A stretch of DNA of 64,000 bases, from NCBI GenBank assembly GCA_000806115.1, contig JWKQ01000001.1, positions 368,915-432,914 of the forward strand. Reading direction: 5' to 3'. How positions within the stretch are numbered: position 1 is the first letter of the stretch; each line of letters begins with the position of its first letter. The notes below the pieces were generated by a model. The model saw only the letters and a program-made list of their open reading frames with translations, did no database searches and was not told where the DNA came from. Source of the stretch: an archaeon GW2011_AR5. Its GTDB lineage: Archaea > Aenigmatarchaeota > Aenigmatarchaeia > GW2011-AR5. A program made the position numbers and the translations under genes. Shown here in pieces: positions 10,505 through 18,668 of the stretch.

Positions 10505-10728
10505 TGCACACGAAACCGAACAGACAGAACGACATCGACAGGTACGTGGACAGCATAGTTGTTTACAGGGGACGTTCACGCTTCCTCAGGCACGACGAAG
10601 CGGGTTTTTACGTCGATGCAGCGCACCTAACCCGCAAAGGATATGCTCCAACAGGCGAAGTACACAGGCTTGCACCGGGCGACATGATAGTGGTGCACGG
10701 GAAGAAAACGCTGCATCTTAACGTATGA
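10501..10728 (+). CDS. hypothetical protein (75 aa)
   Basis: Track ORF, 4-nt overlap with the upstream stop. Confidence 0.4.
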   Translation: MMHTKPNRQNDIDRYVDSIVVYRGRSRFLRHDEAGFYVDAAHLTRKGYAPTGEVHRLAPGDMIVVHGKKTLHLNV

Positions 10729-10849
10729 AATTGGAGCAATTCGGGGAATATTTTTCCGCTTTCGCTATATATAAAACTTTCCCGCGCATGCAGCGGTTTT
10801 TTCGTTAATATACGGCTTCTCTGCATAGAAATTTCTGAGGTGACAACCG

Positions 10850-10984
10850 ATGAACAACCAGAGAGGAAAATTGTTTGAGTGCAAGAAGTGCACAAAGGAG
10901 CTGCTAATAACAAGAGAGGGAAAGAACCCCGGACCTCCGATGTGCTGCGGAAACACGATGTTCGAGATAAAAGCTCGGTTCTAA
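10850..10984 (+). CDS. desulforedoxin-like microprotein (44 aa)
   Basis: My own translation gives MNNQRGKLFECKKCTKELLITREGKNPGPPMCCGNTMFEIKARF. The CxxC...CC spacing matches desulforedoxin and the Dfx N-domain. GAGGTGA lies 6 nt upstream, with TATATATAAA further up. Confidence 0.55.
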   Translation: MNNQRGKLFECKKCTKELLITREGKNPGPPMCCGNTMFEIKARF

Positions 10985-10985
10985 A

Positions 10986-11011
10986 CTTCGTATTCGCATA
11001 ACGAATACGAA
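10986..11011 (+). terminator. hairpin immediately after the desulforedoxin-like ORF
   Basis: ttcgtattcg / cgaatacgaa forms a 10-bp stem with a 5-nt loop, followed by atttct. Confidence 0.4.
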
Positions 11012-11222
11012 TTTCTCAATGACTCATGAAATGTTCCTAATATCTCTGGACTAAAGCCCAGAGTATCATGGGAACATGGCATCCAGAATGCATACAGAAA
11101 ACAAAGTTTTCTGTAGCATCAGTTAGCTTCGCTAACTGCTTGCATTGAGTTTTATCTGCAACCTAAAGGTTGCAGTATTCAATGCATTCTTAGATAAATT
11201 TACATGTTAAGTCATTGAAATC
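11012..11222 (+). repeat. family-1 multi-hairpin intergenic element, copy A
   Basis: Outer stem tcaatgact (11016) / agtcattga (11210). P1 atgttcc/ggaacat. P2 atccagaatgca...tgcattcttagat. Inner hairpins at 11044-11063 and 11156-11175 carry TAAA loops. Two extra hairpins are inserted at 11089-11140. No ORF. Confidence 0.8.
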
Positions 11223-11296
11223 ACACACGTAATTCCTGCGAGATTCGTCGGATTTTCTGTTTTTCTTTTAATAGATGAATTTACAAGTACGGCTAA

Positions 11297-12700
11297 ATGA
11301 GACAAAAACTGGGTGTCGGAATAACTGTTTATGGCTCAAGAGAAGCCGCTGTTGTTGATGCACTCCTAAGAAGCCCTAATTATGATGTCTCTGTATTTGC
11401 AGCGGACAAACAGAGAAACCCTTTTGTTGAAAGGTATGCAAAAAAGCATGAAGTCGTAAAAGGTTTCGGCAAACCAGAGGGCATACCTCACATGGTCGAT
11501 TTCTTTCGGACTTATGAGGACAAAATAGACATTGTTCTCGCACCATGCGAGGGTCCTGTAATCAGCGGCTTAAGAAATGAACTGGAGAATCGGGGAACAA
11601 AAATCAAATATATTTTATGCCCGACATCCGAAGCGGCAATAGAATCAGACAAGATTGCACAACGACTGCTATTGCAGGCGTGCTACAGTCAGGCAAACCC
11701 GCGCTGGAGGTACTTTGACCCTGCGGATGGATCTGTCGAAACGCAGAGAAATAATGTCCATAGATGGTACGAAAAATTAACAGGCGGCGCTGTCGTGAAG
11801 CCCAGAGGCACGTCATTCGGGAAAGGCGTTGGCGTCGAAGGTGACCACTTCAACGGCTTTGACGAGATGTGGCCGTTTTTTGCATCGAATTTCGAATCCG
11901 GTCCTGTTATAATTGAAGAAAGAGAGAAAGGCGAGGAGTTCAGCACGCAGTATTTCTGGGACGGCGCCCATCTAGTATCTACAGGGGAGGTAAGGGATTA
12001 CAAGCGGGCAAGGCAAGGAGACAAGGGCAAAAATACGGGCGGCATAGGCAGCTATACTGACAGGCACGGCTCACTGCCGTTCCTGAATATAGGACATAAC
12101 GATGTCTGGGAAGCTGACTTCATAGCCAGACAGTTCTTTGAACAGATGAGACTCCAATACGGCAATCGCGCACTGCTTGGCATGCCTATGTATCAGGGCA
12201 TGATGGCAACAAAAAAAGGGGTGAAGCTGCTTGAGAACAATTCCAGGCCGGGCGACCCCGAGTTCATAAACGTCCTGGCAAGGACAATTGACTTTGCGGA
12301 TGTCTGCGTGAGAATGGCAGAGGGAAGACTGACTCGTATACCGATGAATGACAAAGCGGTTGTCCTTATCTACAAAGTCCCGCCGCATTACACCGAAGAG
12401 GGCCCTGAACCGGCTGACAAAACAGTGGATTTGAGCGGGGCTGAACGCCTCGTAGAAGCTTACAACGGAAGGCTTCTTGTATATCCGGGATCCATGGAAC
12501 TCAGGGATGGGAATACTTATTCGATGGGCTCAAGAACCGTATGCGCAGTTGGAATAGCTGACGACACAGAAGAGGCAAGATTGATAGCACAGGATGGGCT
12601 TCGCGTCATTAGAGGAGATCTCATACAACGTCCGGATATTGCAACAGAAGGGCATATCCATGCATCGGTTGAACACATGAAAAAACTTAGAACAGTCTAG
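11297..12700 (+). CDS. PurD-like ATP-grasp enzyme (phosphoribosylamine-glycine ligase family, divergent)
   Basis: GGIGSY and NSRPGDPEF resemble the PurD GGMGAY and NxRFGDPE motifs. N-terminal YGSREAAVVDALLRSP resembles GSGGREHAL. Confidence 0.6.
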   Translation: MRQKLGVGITVYGSREAAVVDALLRSPNYDVSVFAADKQRNPFVERYAKKHEVVKGFGKPEGIPHMVDFFRTYEDKIDIVLAPCEGPVISGLRNELENRGTKIKYILCPTSEAAIESDKIAQRLLLQACYSQANPRWRYFDPADGSVETQRNNVHRWYEKLTGGAVVKPRGTSFGKGVGVEGDHFNGFDEMWPFFASNFESGPVIIEEREKGEEFSTQYFWDGAHLVSTGEVRDYKRARQGDKGKNTGGIGSYTDRHGSLPFLNIGHNDVWEADFIARQFFEQMRLQYGNRALLGMPMYQGMMATKKGVKLLENNSRPGDPEFINVLARTIDFADVCVRMAEGRLTRIPMNDKAVVLIYKVPPHYTEEGPEPADKTVDLSGAERLVEAYNGRLLVYPGSMELRDGNTYSMGSRTVCAVGIADDTEEARLIAQDGLRVIRGDLIQRPDIATEGHIHASVEHMKKLRTV

Positions 12701-13671
12701 TTCCCGACTATCTTGGCAGCAAGCGCCTTGACCTCGCGCGGCGAGTACGCTCCCTGCACCAGCATCCTGTTTTTGAAGAGCGAAATCACATGTTTATTGT
12801 GGCTTATGCGAACCACATGCAACCCCTTTGTAACCTTGAAGTCCCTGTTCTTTTCGAGCCTTCCTGAAACCTCTGACAGGTTTATTTCCTTCCCGAACAG
12901 GAACTGGTGCGTGCCGCCGCAGAGTTCCGTTATTTTTTGGACAGGCTTTTCCAGAAACTCATATTTGCCTTTACATGCCGGGCAGTCCTTTTTTCCCGGT
13001 ATATCGATTGTTTCGTAAAGATTTTTGTAAATATCCATGTGAAGAATTTTTCCCTTTAATGTGTCTTTTCCAATAATGTGCTTGATCGCTTCTGCCGCGG
13101 ACAGCACCCCGACCATGCCGACAACAGGACCAAGCACGCCGGCTGTTTCGCAGGTGTCTTTGCCTGCGGAGTGCACAAAGCACCTGAGACAAGGCGTTTC
13201 GCCCGGGACTATCAAAGCAACCAGTCCCTCGCTCTTGACTGCTGCGGCGTACGTGAAAGGGATTCTGTTCTTGAGGCAGAAGTCGTTGAGGAGGAACCTT
13301 GTCTCCATGTTGTCGGTGCCGTCAAGTATGATGTCGGGCTCTGACAAAAGCTTTTCAATATTTGAGGAATTCAAATCTTCAGAAACGGCTTCTATCCGCG
13401 TTTCGCTGTTCGCCTCTTCAAGTCGCTCTTTCAGCGCCTCGGCTTTCGGCGTGCCAACGTCCTCTTCGCTGAACAGCTGGCGGTGAAGATTCGTCATGTC
13501 AACAATATCGCGGTCGACGAGCAGAAGGTTAACGCCGGCACGTACAAGATACTCGGCAGCCGCGCTTCCCGTGCCGCCGCAGCCAACGATTACGACAAGC
13601 GACTTCTTCAGGTGCTTCTGCGCCGCTTTTCCGATGAATGCTTCCTGTCTTGAGTAGCGCATATTAATCAA
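12697..13671 (-). CDS. ThiF/MoeB/HesA-family E1-like adenylyltransferase with C-terminal extension
   Basis: GCGGTGSAAAEYLVRAGV nucleotide loop. Two CxxC pairs (CLRC, CPAC). About 85 aa of extra C-terminal domain. Confidence 0.8.
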   Translation of the reverse strand: MINMRYSRQEAFIGKAAQKHLKKSLVVIVGCGGTGSAAAEYLVRAGVNLLLVDRDIVDMTNLHRQLFSEEDVGTPKAEALKERLEEANSETRIEAVSEDLNSSNIEKLLSEPDIILDGTDNMETRFLLNDFCLKNRIPFTYAAAVKSEGLVALIVPGETPCLRCFVHSAGKDTCETAGVLGPVVGMVGVLSAAEAIKHIIGKDTLKGKILHMDIYKNLYETIDIPGKKDCPACKGKYEFLEKPVQKITELCGGTHQFLFGKEINLSEVSGRLEKNRDFKVTKGLHVVRISHNKHVISLFKNRMLVQGAYSPREVKALAAKIVGN

Positions 13672-14329
13672 ACAAATTGCTGGCTGCTATGATATCGAAT
13701 GCCTCAACATCGGAGCCTGTTATCAGACCGCGGTATGCATTGAGCCCTCTGAAAGCCCTTTCGTAATCGACCTCACCTGCCTGTGACTTGTGCTGGCCTA
13801 GCGCTCTGTATTTTACATCCATAAATTCTGAAACATCCTCAAGATATGTCGGCGTCTGAATAAGCCCGCCAAGTTCGCCTGCAAGCGACATTCCTACTGT
13901 CCATTTTTGCCCGCCTGCACCGTGCGAATACGGCTCGGAAGCCCTAAACAGCGCTTCCTTTAATATTGCATTGGTTGCCCTGTGATCGGAATGCCTGTCT
14001 ACACCATAATGCGTGTAAACCACATTCGGCATGTAACGCCTTATCAGCCCGACGACGCGAGATATGCTACCCTGATCGCACACGAGTCCTCCGTCAGGAT
14101 ATCGAAGAAACCCAACGCTTGCAACACCCAGCACGGAGCCGCTATTCCTAGCTTCCAACTCCCTTATCTCGCGCATCTCTTCCGGAGACTGGGTAGTGCC
14201 GCCGGCTTCCCCTGAAGTCATGAAAAAAAGCATCACATCGTTTCCAAGGCTTGCATGCTTGGCCAGGCTGCCACCGGCAATAATTGCCTCGTCATCAGGA
14301 TGCGCAAAGAACCCGGCAACTCTTTTCAT
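13664..14329 (-). CDS. PIG-L/LmbE-family deacetylase
   Basis: AHPDDEAI and HSDH motifs. 8-nt overlap with the downstream thiF-like gene. Confidence 0.75.
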   Translation of the reverse strand: MKRVAGFFAHPDDEAIIAGGSLAKHASLGNDVMLFFMTSGEAGGTTQSPEEMREIRELEARNSGSVLGVASVGFLRYPDGGLVCDQGSISRVVGLIRRYMPNVVYTHYGVDRHSDHRATNAILKEALFRASEPYSHGAGGQKWTVGMSLAGELGGLIQTPTYLEDVSEFMDVKYRALGQHKSQAGEVDYERAFRGLNAYRGLITGSDVEAFDIIAASNLFD

Positions 14330-14362
14330 GAAAATAGGATATGAAAAATCTTTTTAAGAGCA

Positions 14363-15049
14363 TCACAGCCACTTAGCGCTGGTAGGTATCTCCCCGTAGC
14401 ATTTGTCGCGGTACTCGCAGTACTTGCACATCCACACTGTTTTCTTGTCTTCCCTCGCTTCGGGGTCCGGCGGCACTCCAGCTTTCAGGAACTTGTGCAG
14501 TGCCCTGAAACGGTTTATTATCTTGACGGCTTCTTCCTCGCTGTAGGGCACAGAAAACACCTTGCTCTTGAGATTGCGCTTGTCGACATAAAGCAGGATG
14601 CCGTTGTGAATGCCCGTGACGTGCATGTAGAGCTGCAGCTGCACCACGTTGTGCGGCATCGCGTCCTCGACGAAGTCAACGTTGCCTGTGGACTTCACCT
14701 CAACAAGGATGCTCTTGCCGCTGGCTTTCACAATTATGATGTTGTCAATCCTGCCTGAAACGAGAAAGTCGTCATATTCCTGCTTGAAAGGCAGCTCGGT
14801 GCTTACCAGTTCCACGTCCGGGTTCTTTTCGCTTTGCAGCACCTTCACGACAAAGTCATGGAGGATGTTGCCAAGCTCGAATATCTTGACAAGCTCGGGC
14901 GAGGTCTCCATGGGGAACTTGTACGAGTACCACACCTTCCGCAGGCAGCTCCCTATCTGGCTGGGATAATACCTGCCTATTTCCTTGGGCTTGTTCTCCT
15001 TGTAGAGGTGGTTGTCTATCATCTTGTCAAAGTCAATCATAAATTTCAC
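14363..15049 (-). CDS. Cas4/RecB-like PD-(D/E)xK nuclease with Fe-S cysteines
   Basis: N-terminal Cys (QIGSCLRK), RIDNIII...LVEVKST nuclease core and C-terminal CKYCEYRDKC. Confidence 0.7.
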   Translation of the reverse strand: MKFMIDFDKMIDNHLYKENKPKEIGRYYPSQIGSCLRKVWYSYKFPMETSPELVKIFELGNILHDFVVKVLQSEKNPDVELVSTELPFKQEYDDFLVSGRIDNIIIVKASGKSILVEVKSTGNVDFVEDAMPHNVVQLQLYMHVTGIHNGILLYVDKRNLKSKVFSVPYSEEEAVKIINRFRALHKFLKAGVPPDPEAREDKKTVWMCKYCEYRDKCYGEIPTSAKWL

Positions 15050-15108
15050 CTGACTTCGATTCTTGAAGAAGCTTTGCTTCTGTCAAGATGTCAAAATCAA
15101 TCATACAA

Positions 15109-15288
15109 TCAGTCCCTCACAAGCTCGAACGAATGCCGGGCTATCCTGAGCCTGCTCACGTCATTCACGCGTATCTCAAACGGGACGCCGCTGCCTATTG
15201 CTTCAGAATACCTTTTGACAGGTTCCGTGCTCATCCAGTAGAGTTCCAGAAGCTTCCTTAACTGTTCAGGATTCGAATAATCTTCCAT
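15109..15288 (-). CDS. hypothetical protein (59 aa; long version would start at 15363)
   Basis: Track ORF 15109..15363. I prefer the ATG at 15288 because the upstream 75 nt lie inside structured repeat H. Confidence 0.35.
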   Translation of the reverse strand: MEDYSNPEQLRKLLELYWMSTEPVKRYSEAIGSGVPFEIRVNDVSRLRIARHSFELVRD

Positions 15289-15319
15289 GAGTTTCACTTG
15301 ACTGCAAGAGGTTAAAAGT

Positions 15320-15421
15320 CTATATAATGAACCCACAAAAGATTTTCGCGCAAGTGAGTTCATAGATAGTGCACAAGGAAGTAATATTATTCAGATTATT
15401 TCCTTGTAGCACTATAAAAAC
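15320..15421 (+). repeat. family-2 two-hairpin element, copy H
   Basis: ctatataatgaacccac...gtgagttcat, then atagtgcacaagg...ccttgtagcactat, then aaaaac. Paralog of 56072-56176. Ends in a TATA-like CTATAAAAA about 27 nt upstream of the 15444 ATG. Confidence 0.7.
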
Positions 15422-15443
15422 TGCTCCCATGAATAAATAAAAT

Positions 15444-16151
15444 ATGTCCAAGCGTGAGAAACTTCACAAAGCCAGCAGCACAGGCAACAACCTGCGCGAC
15501 ATAATTCTCGGCGGACAGGACGGGCTGGTAAACGTGCTGGGCGTCATACTTGCCGTTGCCACCGCGGTCAGCGACGTGAGAGTCGTGCTCATCGCGGGAC
15601 TGGCAGCCACATTCGCCGAATCCATATCCATGGCGGCTGTTGCATATACGTCAACAAAGGCGGCGCGCGACTTCTACAAGGCAGAACTCCGAAGAGAGAA
15701 GAGAGAGATGAAGGACATACCTGACATGGAACGCAAAGAAATCAGGATGATATATGCGAGAAAAGGCTTCTCCGGCGCGCTCCTCAACTCGATTGTCAAA
15801 AAAATCACGTCCAACAAGAGGCTGTGGCTCAAGACAATGATGGAGGAGGAGCTTCACTTATACCCCGACGAGTACAATCACCCCGCCAAGGACGCCATAA
15901 TAGTCGGCATAGCTGCGCTGATAGGCTCGCTCGTGCCGCTTATATCATTCATTTTCCTGCCGATACAAACGGCGATAATCGGCTCGATAGTTCTGTCGGT
16001 TGCAGTGCTTTTCATAACAGGCTACATCAAGGGCATGCTCACCATAAATCCGCTGAGAAGCGGCATAGAAATAGCGGTCATCGGCATAACTGCAGCGCTG
16101 GTGGGATATGTCATCGGCGCCGTGCTCGGCGTTGCGCTTTACGCAGCCTAG
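15444..16151 (+). CDS. VIT1/CCC1-family iron/manganese transporter
   Basis: ILGGQDGLVNVLGVILAVA N-domain, central cytosolic helix region and C-terminal TM bundle. Confidence 0.75.
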   Translation: MSKREKLHKASSTGNNLRDIILGGQDGLVNVLGVILAVATAVSDVRVVLIAGLAATFAESISMAAVAYTSTKAARDFYKAELRREKREMKDIPDMERKEIRMIYARKGFSGALLNSIVKKITSNKRLWLKTMMEEELHLYPDEYNHPAKDAIIVGIAALIGSLVPLISFIFLPIQTAIIGSIVLSVAVLFITGYIKGMLTINPLRSGIEIAVIGITAALVGYVIGAVLGVALYAA

Positions 16152-16152
16152 T

Positions 16153-17025
16153 TCAGTAGACTATTGCCAGTGTGACGGCGCCAAGAAGTGCCAGCAGAAG
16201 ACCAAATTTCTGGTGCGTGAGCAGTTTCTCCTTATTGACTATTATGCCGAGAAGAGCCGCCAATGCTATGTAGCTTTCCGAGATGCCAACCGCTATCGCT
16301 ATTGGCGTCAGTGTGAGGGCGGCAGCAAAAAATATCCATGCAATATTATCAAAGATACTTACGGTAACGAGGAGTCTTTTGTTTTCGTTGAGATGCTGAA
16401 CGAGCTTGTGGGTGCGTTTATGCATTATTATGTAGAAGGCGCATACCAACGCTATGAAAAGGCTCATGAACCAGTTAGTTATAAGGAAGCTTGTCTCGCG
16501 AGACGCAATGCCAACCATGAAATTGGTGGTTCCCTGAAAAAGCGCGGCGAGAGCGGCGAGAGCGGCGCCTTTCTCGAGCCACACTCTCCTTGAAAAATGG
16601 CGGGATCTCATGGAAACCATAAGGATTCCTATCATCAGTGTCACAACCAGCGCAGTATGCAGCGGCTCAAGAACCTCGCCAATCACAACAAATGCAAGCA
16701 GGGCAGAAACCGGGACTTCCAGGGAATATACCGGCTCAACCACAGCTATTTTTCCTATTCTAAGCGCCTCGAAGTCTATTATTGCTGTCAGAAATATGAC
16801 GAAAGATGCACCAAGGAGCACCAAAAAACTGTAATCGCTTGCGAGAACAAGGCTGTGAATTTCCCCGTACACGAAAGGCGTCAGTGCCACGGCACCGAAA
16901 GCAGTTATTATGAGCAGCGGCTCCCAGTCTCCCAGTTTGCGAACCGAACGTTGTATAAGAAAGTCGCCGAAGCCCCAGCCAATAAGAGCACCGAGCGCGA
17001 AGAGCACCCCAATCTCAAATGCCAT
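16153..17025 (-). CDS. EamA/DMT-family transporter
   Basis: 290 aa, about 10 TM segments in two similar halves. Confidence 0.7.
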   Translation of the reverse strand: MAFEIGVLFALGALIGWGFGDFLIQRSVRKLGDWEPLLIITAFGAVALTPFVYGEIHSLVLASDYSFLVLLGASFVIFLTAIIDFEALRIGKIAVVEPVYSLEVPVSALLAFVVIGEVLEPLHTALVVTLMIGILMVSMRSRHFSRRVWLEKGAALAALAALFQGTTNFMVGIASRETSFLITNWFMSLFIALVCAFYIIMHKRTHKLVQHLNENKRLLVTVSIFDNIAWIFFAAALTLTPIAIAVGISESYIALAALLGIIVNKEKLLTHQKFGLLLALLGAVTLAIVY

Positions 17026-17095
17026 AAAACTATTTGTTTCCCTGTATAAAAACAGGCCAGAAATGCGGCAGATGCCCGCCGAATTATACGTTCAA

Positions 17096-17560
17096 TTATA
17101 TGTCAAGAACAACATGGCATTTCCAGTCCTTTGTCTTCTCCACTTTGAACAAGTGCCATGTCACAGCCTTGACGTCGACAAGCATATCGTGCTTCTTTGC
17201 GTCAATCTTGTCGCCCGAGAGTGTTGCTACCATTGAATAGGGCTGACCGGGCTTCTTTGGTTCCTTTATCTTCACGCCGACCTTCGAGAAAAGCAGCAAG
17301 TCCTTGTCCTTCCAGAAGACAAATTCCTGGAGGAAGTTGAAGAGCAGCTTCTCGACATCTTTATTCTCCAGCTTTATTGTTTTCCTTATTCCGGGCTTCA
17401 CCGACCTGAGATTCTTCACCATCACGTTTGTAACTGCCAGCCCCGCCGACTCGAACATCCCGTCAAGAGTTTTGCCTGTCGCCTCGAACGCCACGTCAGC
17501 AATCGACACGTCTTCAAGATATTTGTAAGCCACACCAGTCACATCCTGCCTATTTCGCAT
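17096..17560 (-). CDS. archease (RtcB activator)
   Basis: YKYLEDVSIADVAFEA N-terminus and HLFKVEKT...CHVVLDI C-terminus are typical of archease. rtcB lies 1.5 kb away. Confidence 0.75.
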   Translation of the reverse strand: MRNRQDVTGVAYKYLEDVSIADVAFEATGKTLDGMFESAGLAVTNVMVKNLRSVKPGIRKTIKLENKDVEKLLFNFLQEFVFWKDKDLLLFSKVGVKIKEPKKPGQPYSMVATLSGDKIDAKKHDMLVDVKAVTWHLFKVEKTKDWKCHVVLDI

Positions 17561-18441
17561 TTCCTCAGTTCATCCAATATCTTTTCATGCCGATCCATGT
17601 TCCTGCCTATGAACACCAGCTCGGTTTTTTCTGCCGAAAATTCCTCGAAATCAAACCTGCCAAAGACGAAATTCATCAGGAAGCTGCCTGACTCTGTTAC
17701 AACGAAGCCCTTGGCACGGACGATATCTGAAGGGAGGTTATAGAGCAGGTTTTCCAGCTTCTCCCTGTCCATGCTCCCGCCCCTGTAAACAAAGTGGCTG
17801 AGCTTGGATTCTTCTATGTGGTGATTGTGCTCCCGCTCCCCGACAACTTTTTCCACGTTCATATCCAGTATCAGCTCTGCATCCACCAGGCAGTTTGTCG
17901 TCCTGATTATTCCCGCCCTCGGGTTTATGCCCTTTATCAAGTTCTCTATTTTCGTGAGTTCCCCGTCGTCCACAAGGTCCGTCTTGTTCAGTATGATTGC
18001 ATCAGCCATTTCGATTTGCACGCGCCCAGTGAAGCCGAGTGAGGGGAACCTCTTCATCGCGTCGGCGTCAACCACGGTGACTGTTGCGTCAAGCCTCACG
18101 CCCTCGAGAGTCGACAGGTCGTCTATGATTGCATCGGGTTCTGCCACGCCCGTTGTTTCTATTATGATAAGCTCCGGGTCAATCTTTTCCTTTATCTCCT
18201 TTATTGCAGCCTCGAACTCTCCGGTGAGCGAACAGCATACGCACCCGCCCTTCAATTCAATCATGTCAACATTTTTGCCTTTGACAACTTTGCTGTCTAT
18301 AGCTATCTTGCCAAACTCGTTCATCAGCACCGCTATCTTCCTGTCTGCATTGTCAAGGATGTTGCGCAGCAGGGTGGTTTTGCCTGCTCCGAGATAGCCT
18401 GTGATAAGCGTAATTGGGGTTCTTGCTTTCATGAGAATCAC
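17539..18441 (-). CDS. CobW/COG0523-family metal-chaperone GTPase
   Basis: GYLGAGKTTLL P-loop, GCVCCS metal motif and C-terminal CobW_C-like domain. Confidence 0.85.
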   Translation of the reverse strand: MILMKARTPITLITGYLGAGKTTLLRNILDNADRKIAVLMNEFGKIAIDSKVVKGKNVDMIELKGGCVCCSLTGEFEAAIKEIKEKIDPELIIIETTGVAEPDAIIDDLSTLEGVRLDATVTVVDADAMKRFPSLGFTGRVQIEMADAIILNKTDLVDDGELTKIENLIKGINPRAGIIRTTNCLVDAELILDMNVEKVVGEREHNHHIEESKLSHFVYRGGSMDREKLENLLYNLPSDIVRAKGFVVTESGSFLMNFVFGRFDFEEFSAEKTELVFIGRNMDRHEKILDELRKCEIGRM

Positions 18442-18442
18442 T

Positions 18443-18664
18443 CTATAAGAGAATTTGGATTAAACCTGTTATGACAGCAACTATAATGCCTACTACAATA
18501 GTTAATTTTGTTAAAAAGCTATTTTCTTTTTGTTTTTTTTCATCTTGTACGTTTTTTTTGTAATTTTCAAAATCACACCTTAACTGATTTAATAGTGTCT
18601 CCAAACTTCTTATTCTTTCCTCATTTCTTACAGAAATTTCACGAGTAGAATCAAATTTAGCCAT
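18443..18664 (-). CDS. tail-anchored coiled-coil protein (73 aa)
   Basis: Track ORF. Charged heptad-like N-part plus one C-terminal TM (LTIVVGIIVAVITGLIQILL). Very AT-rich. Confidence 0.45.
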   Translation of the reverse strand: MAKFDSTREISVRNEERIRSLETLLNQLRCDFENYKKNVQDEKKQKENSFLTKLTIVVGIIVAVITGLIQILL

Positions 18665-18668
18665 AAAA

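Noticed and set aside
15320-15421. Family-2 elements as box C/D or H/ACA guide RNAs
   Set aside because: No RUGAUGA/CUGA boxes occur on either strand. The hairpins are near-perfect stems without a pseudouridylation pocket or K-turn. Only an ANA-like triplet follows hairpin 1.
16108-17049. Plus-strand ORFs 16108..16593 and 16597..17049
   Set aside because: They are antisense to the EamA-type transporter gene, whose membrane-protein character is clear.
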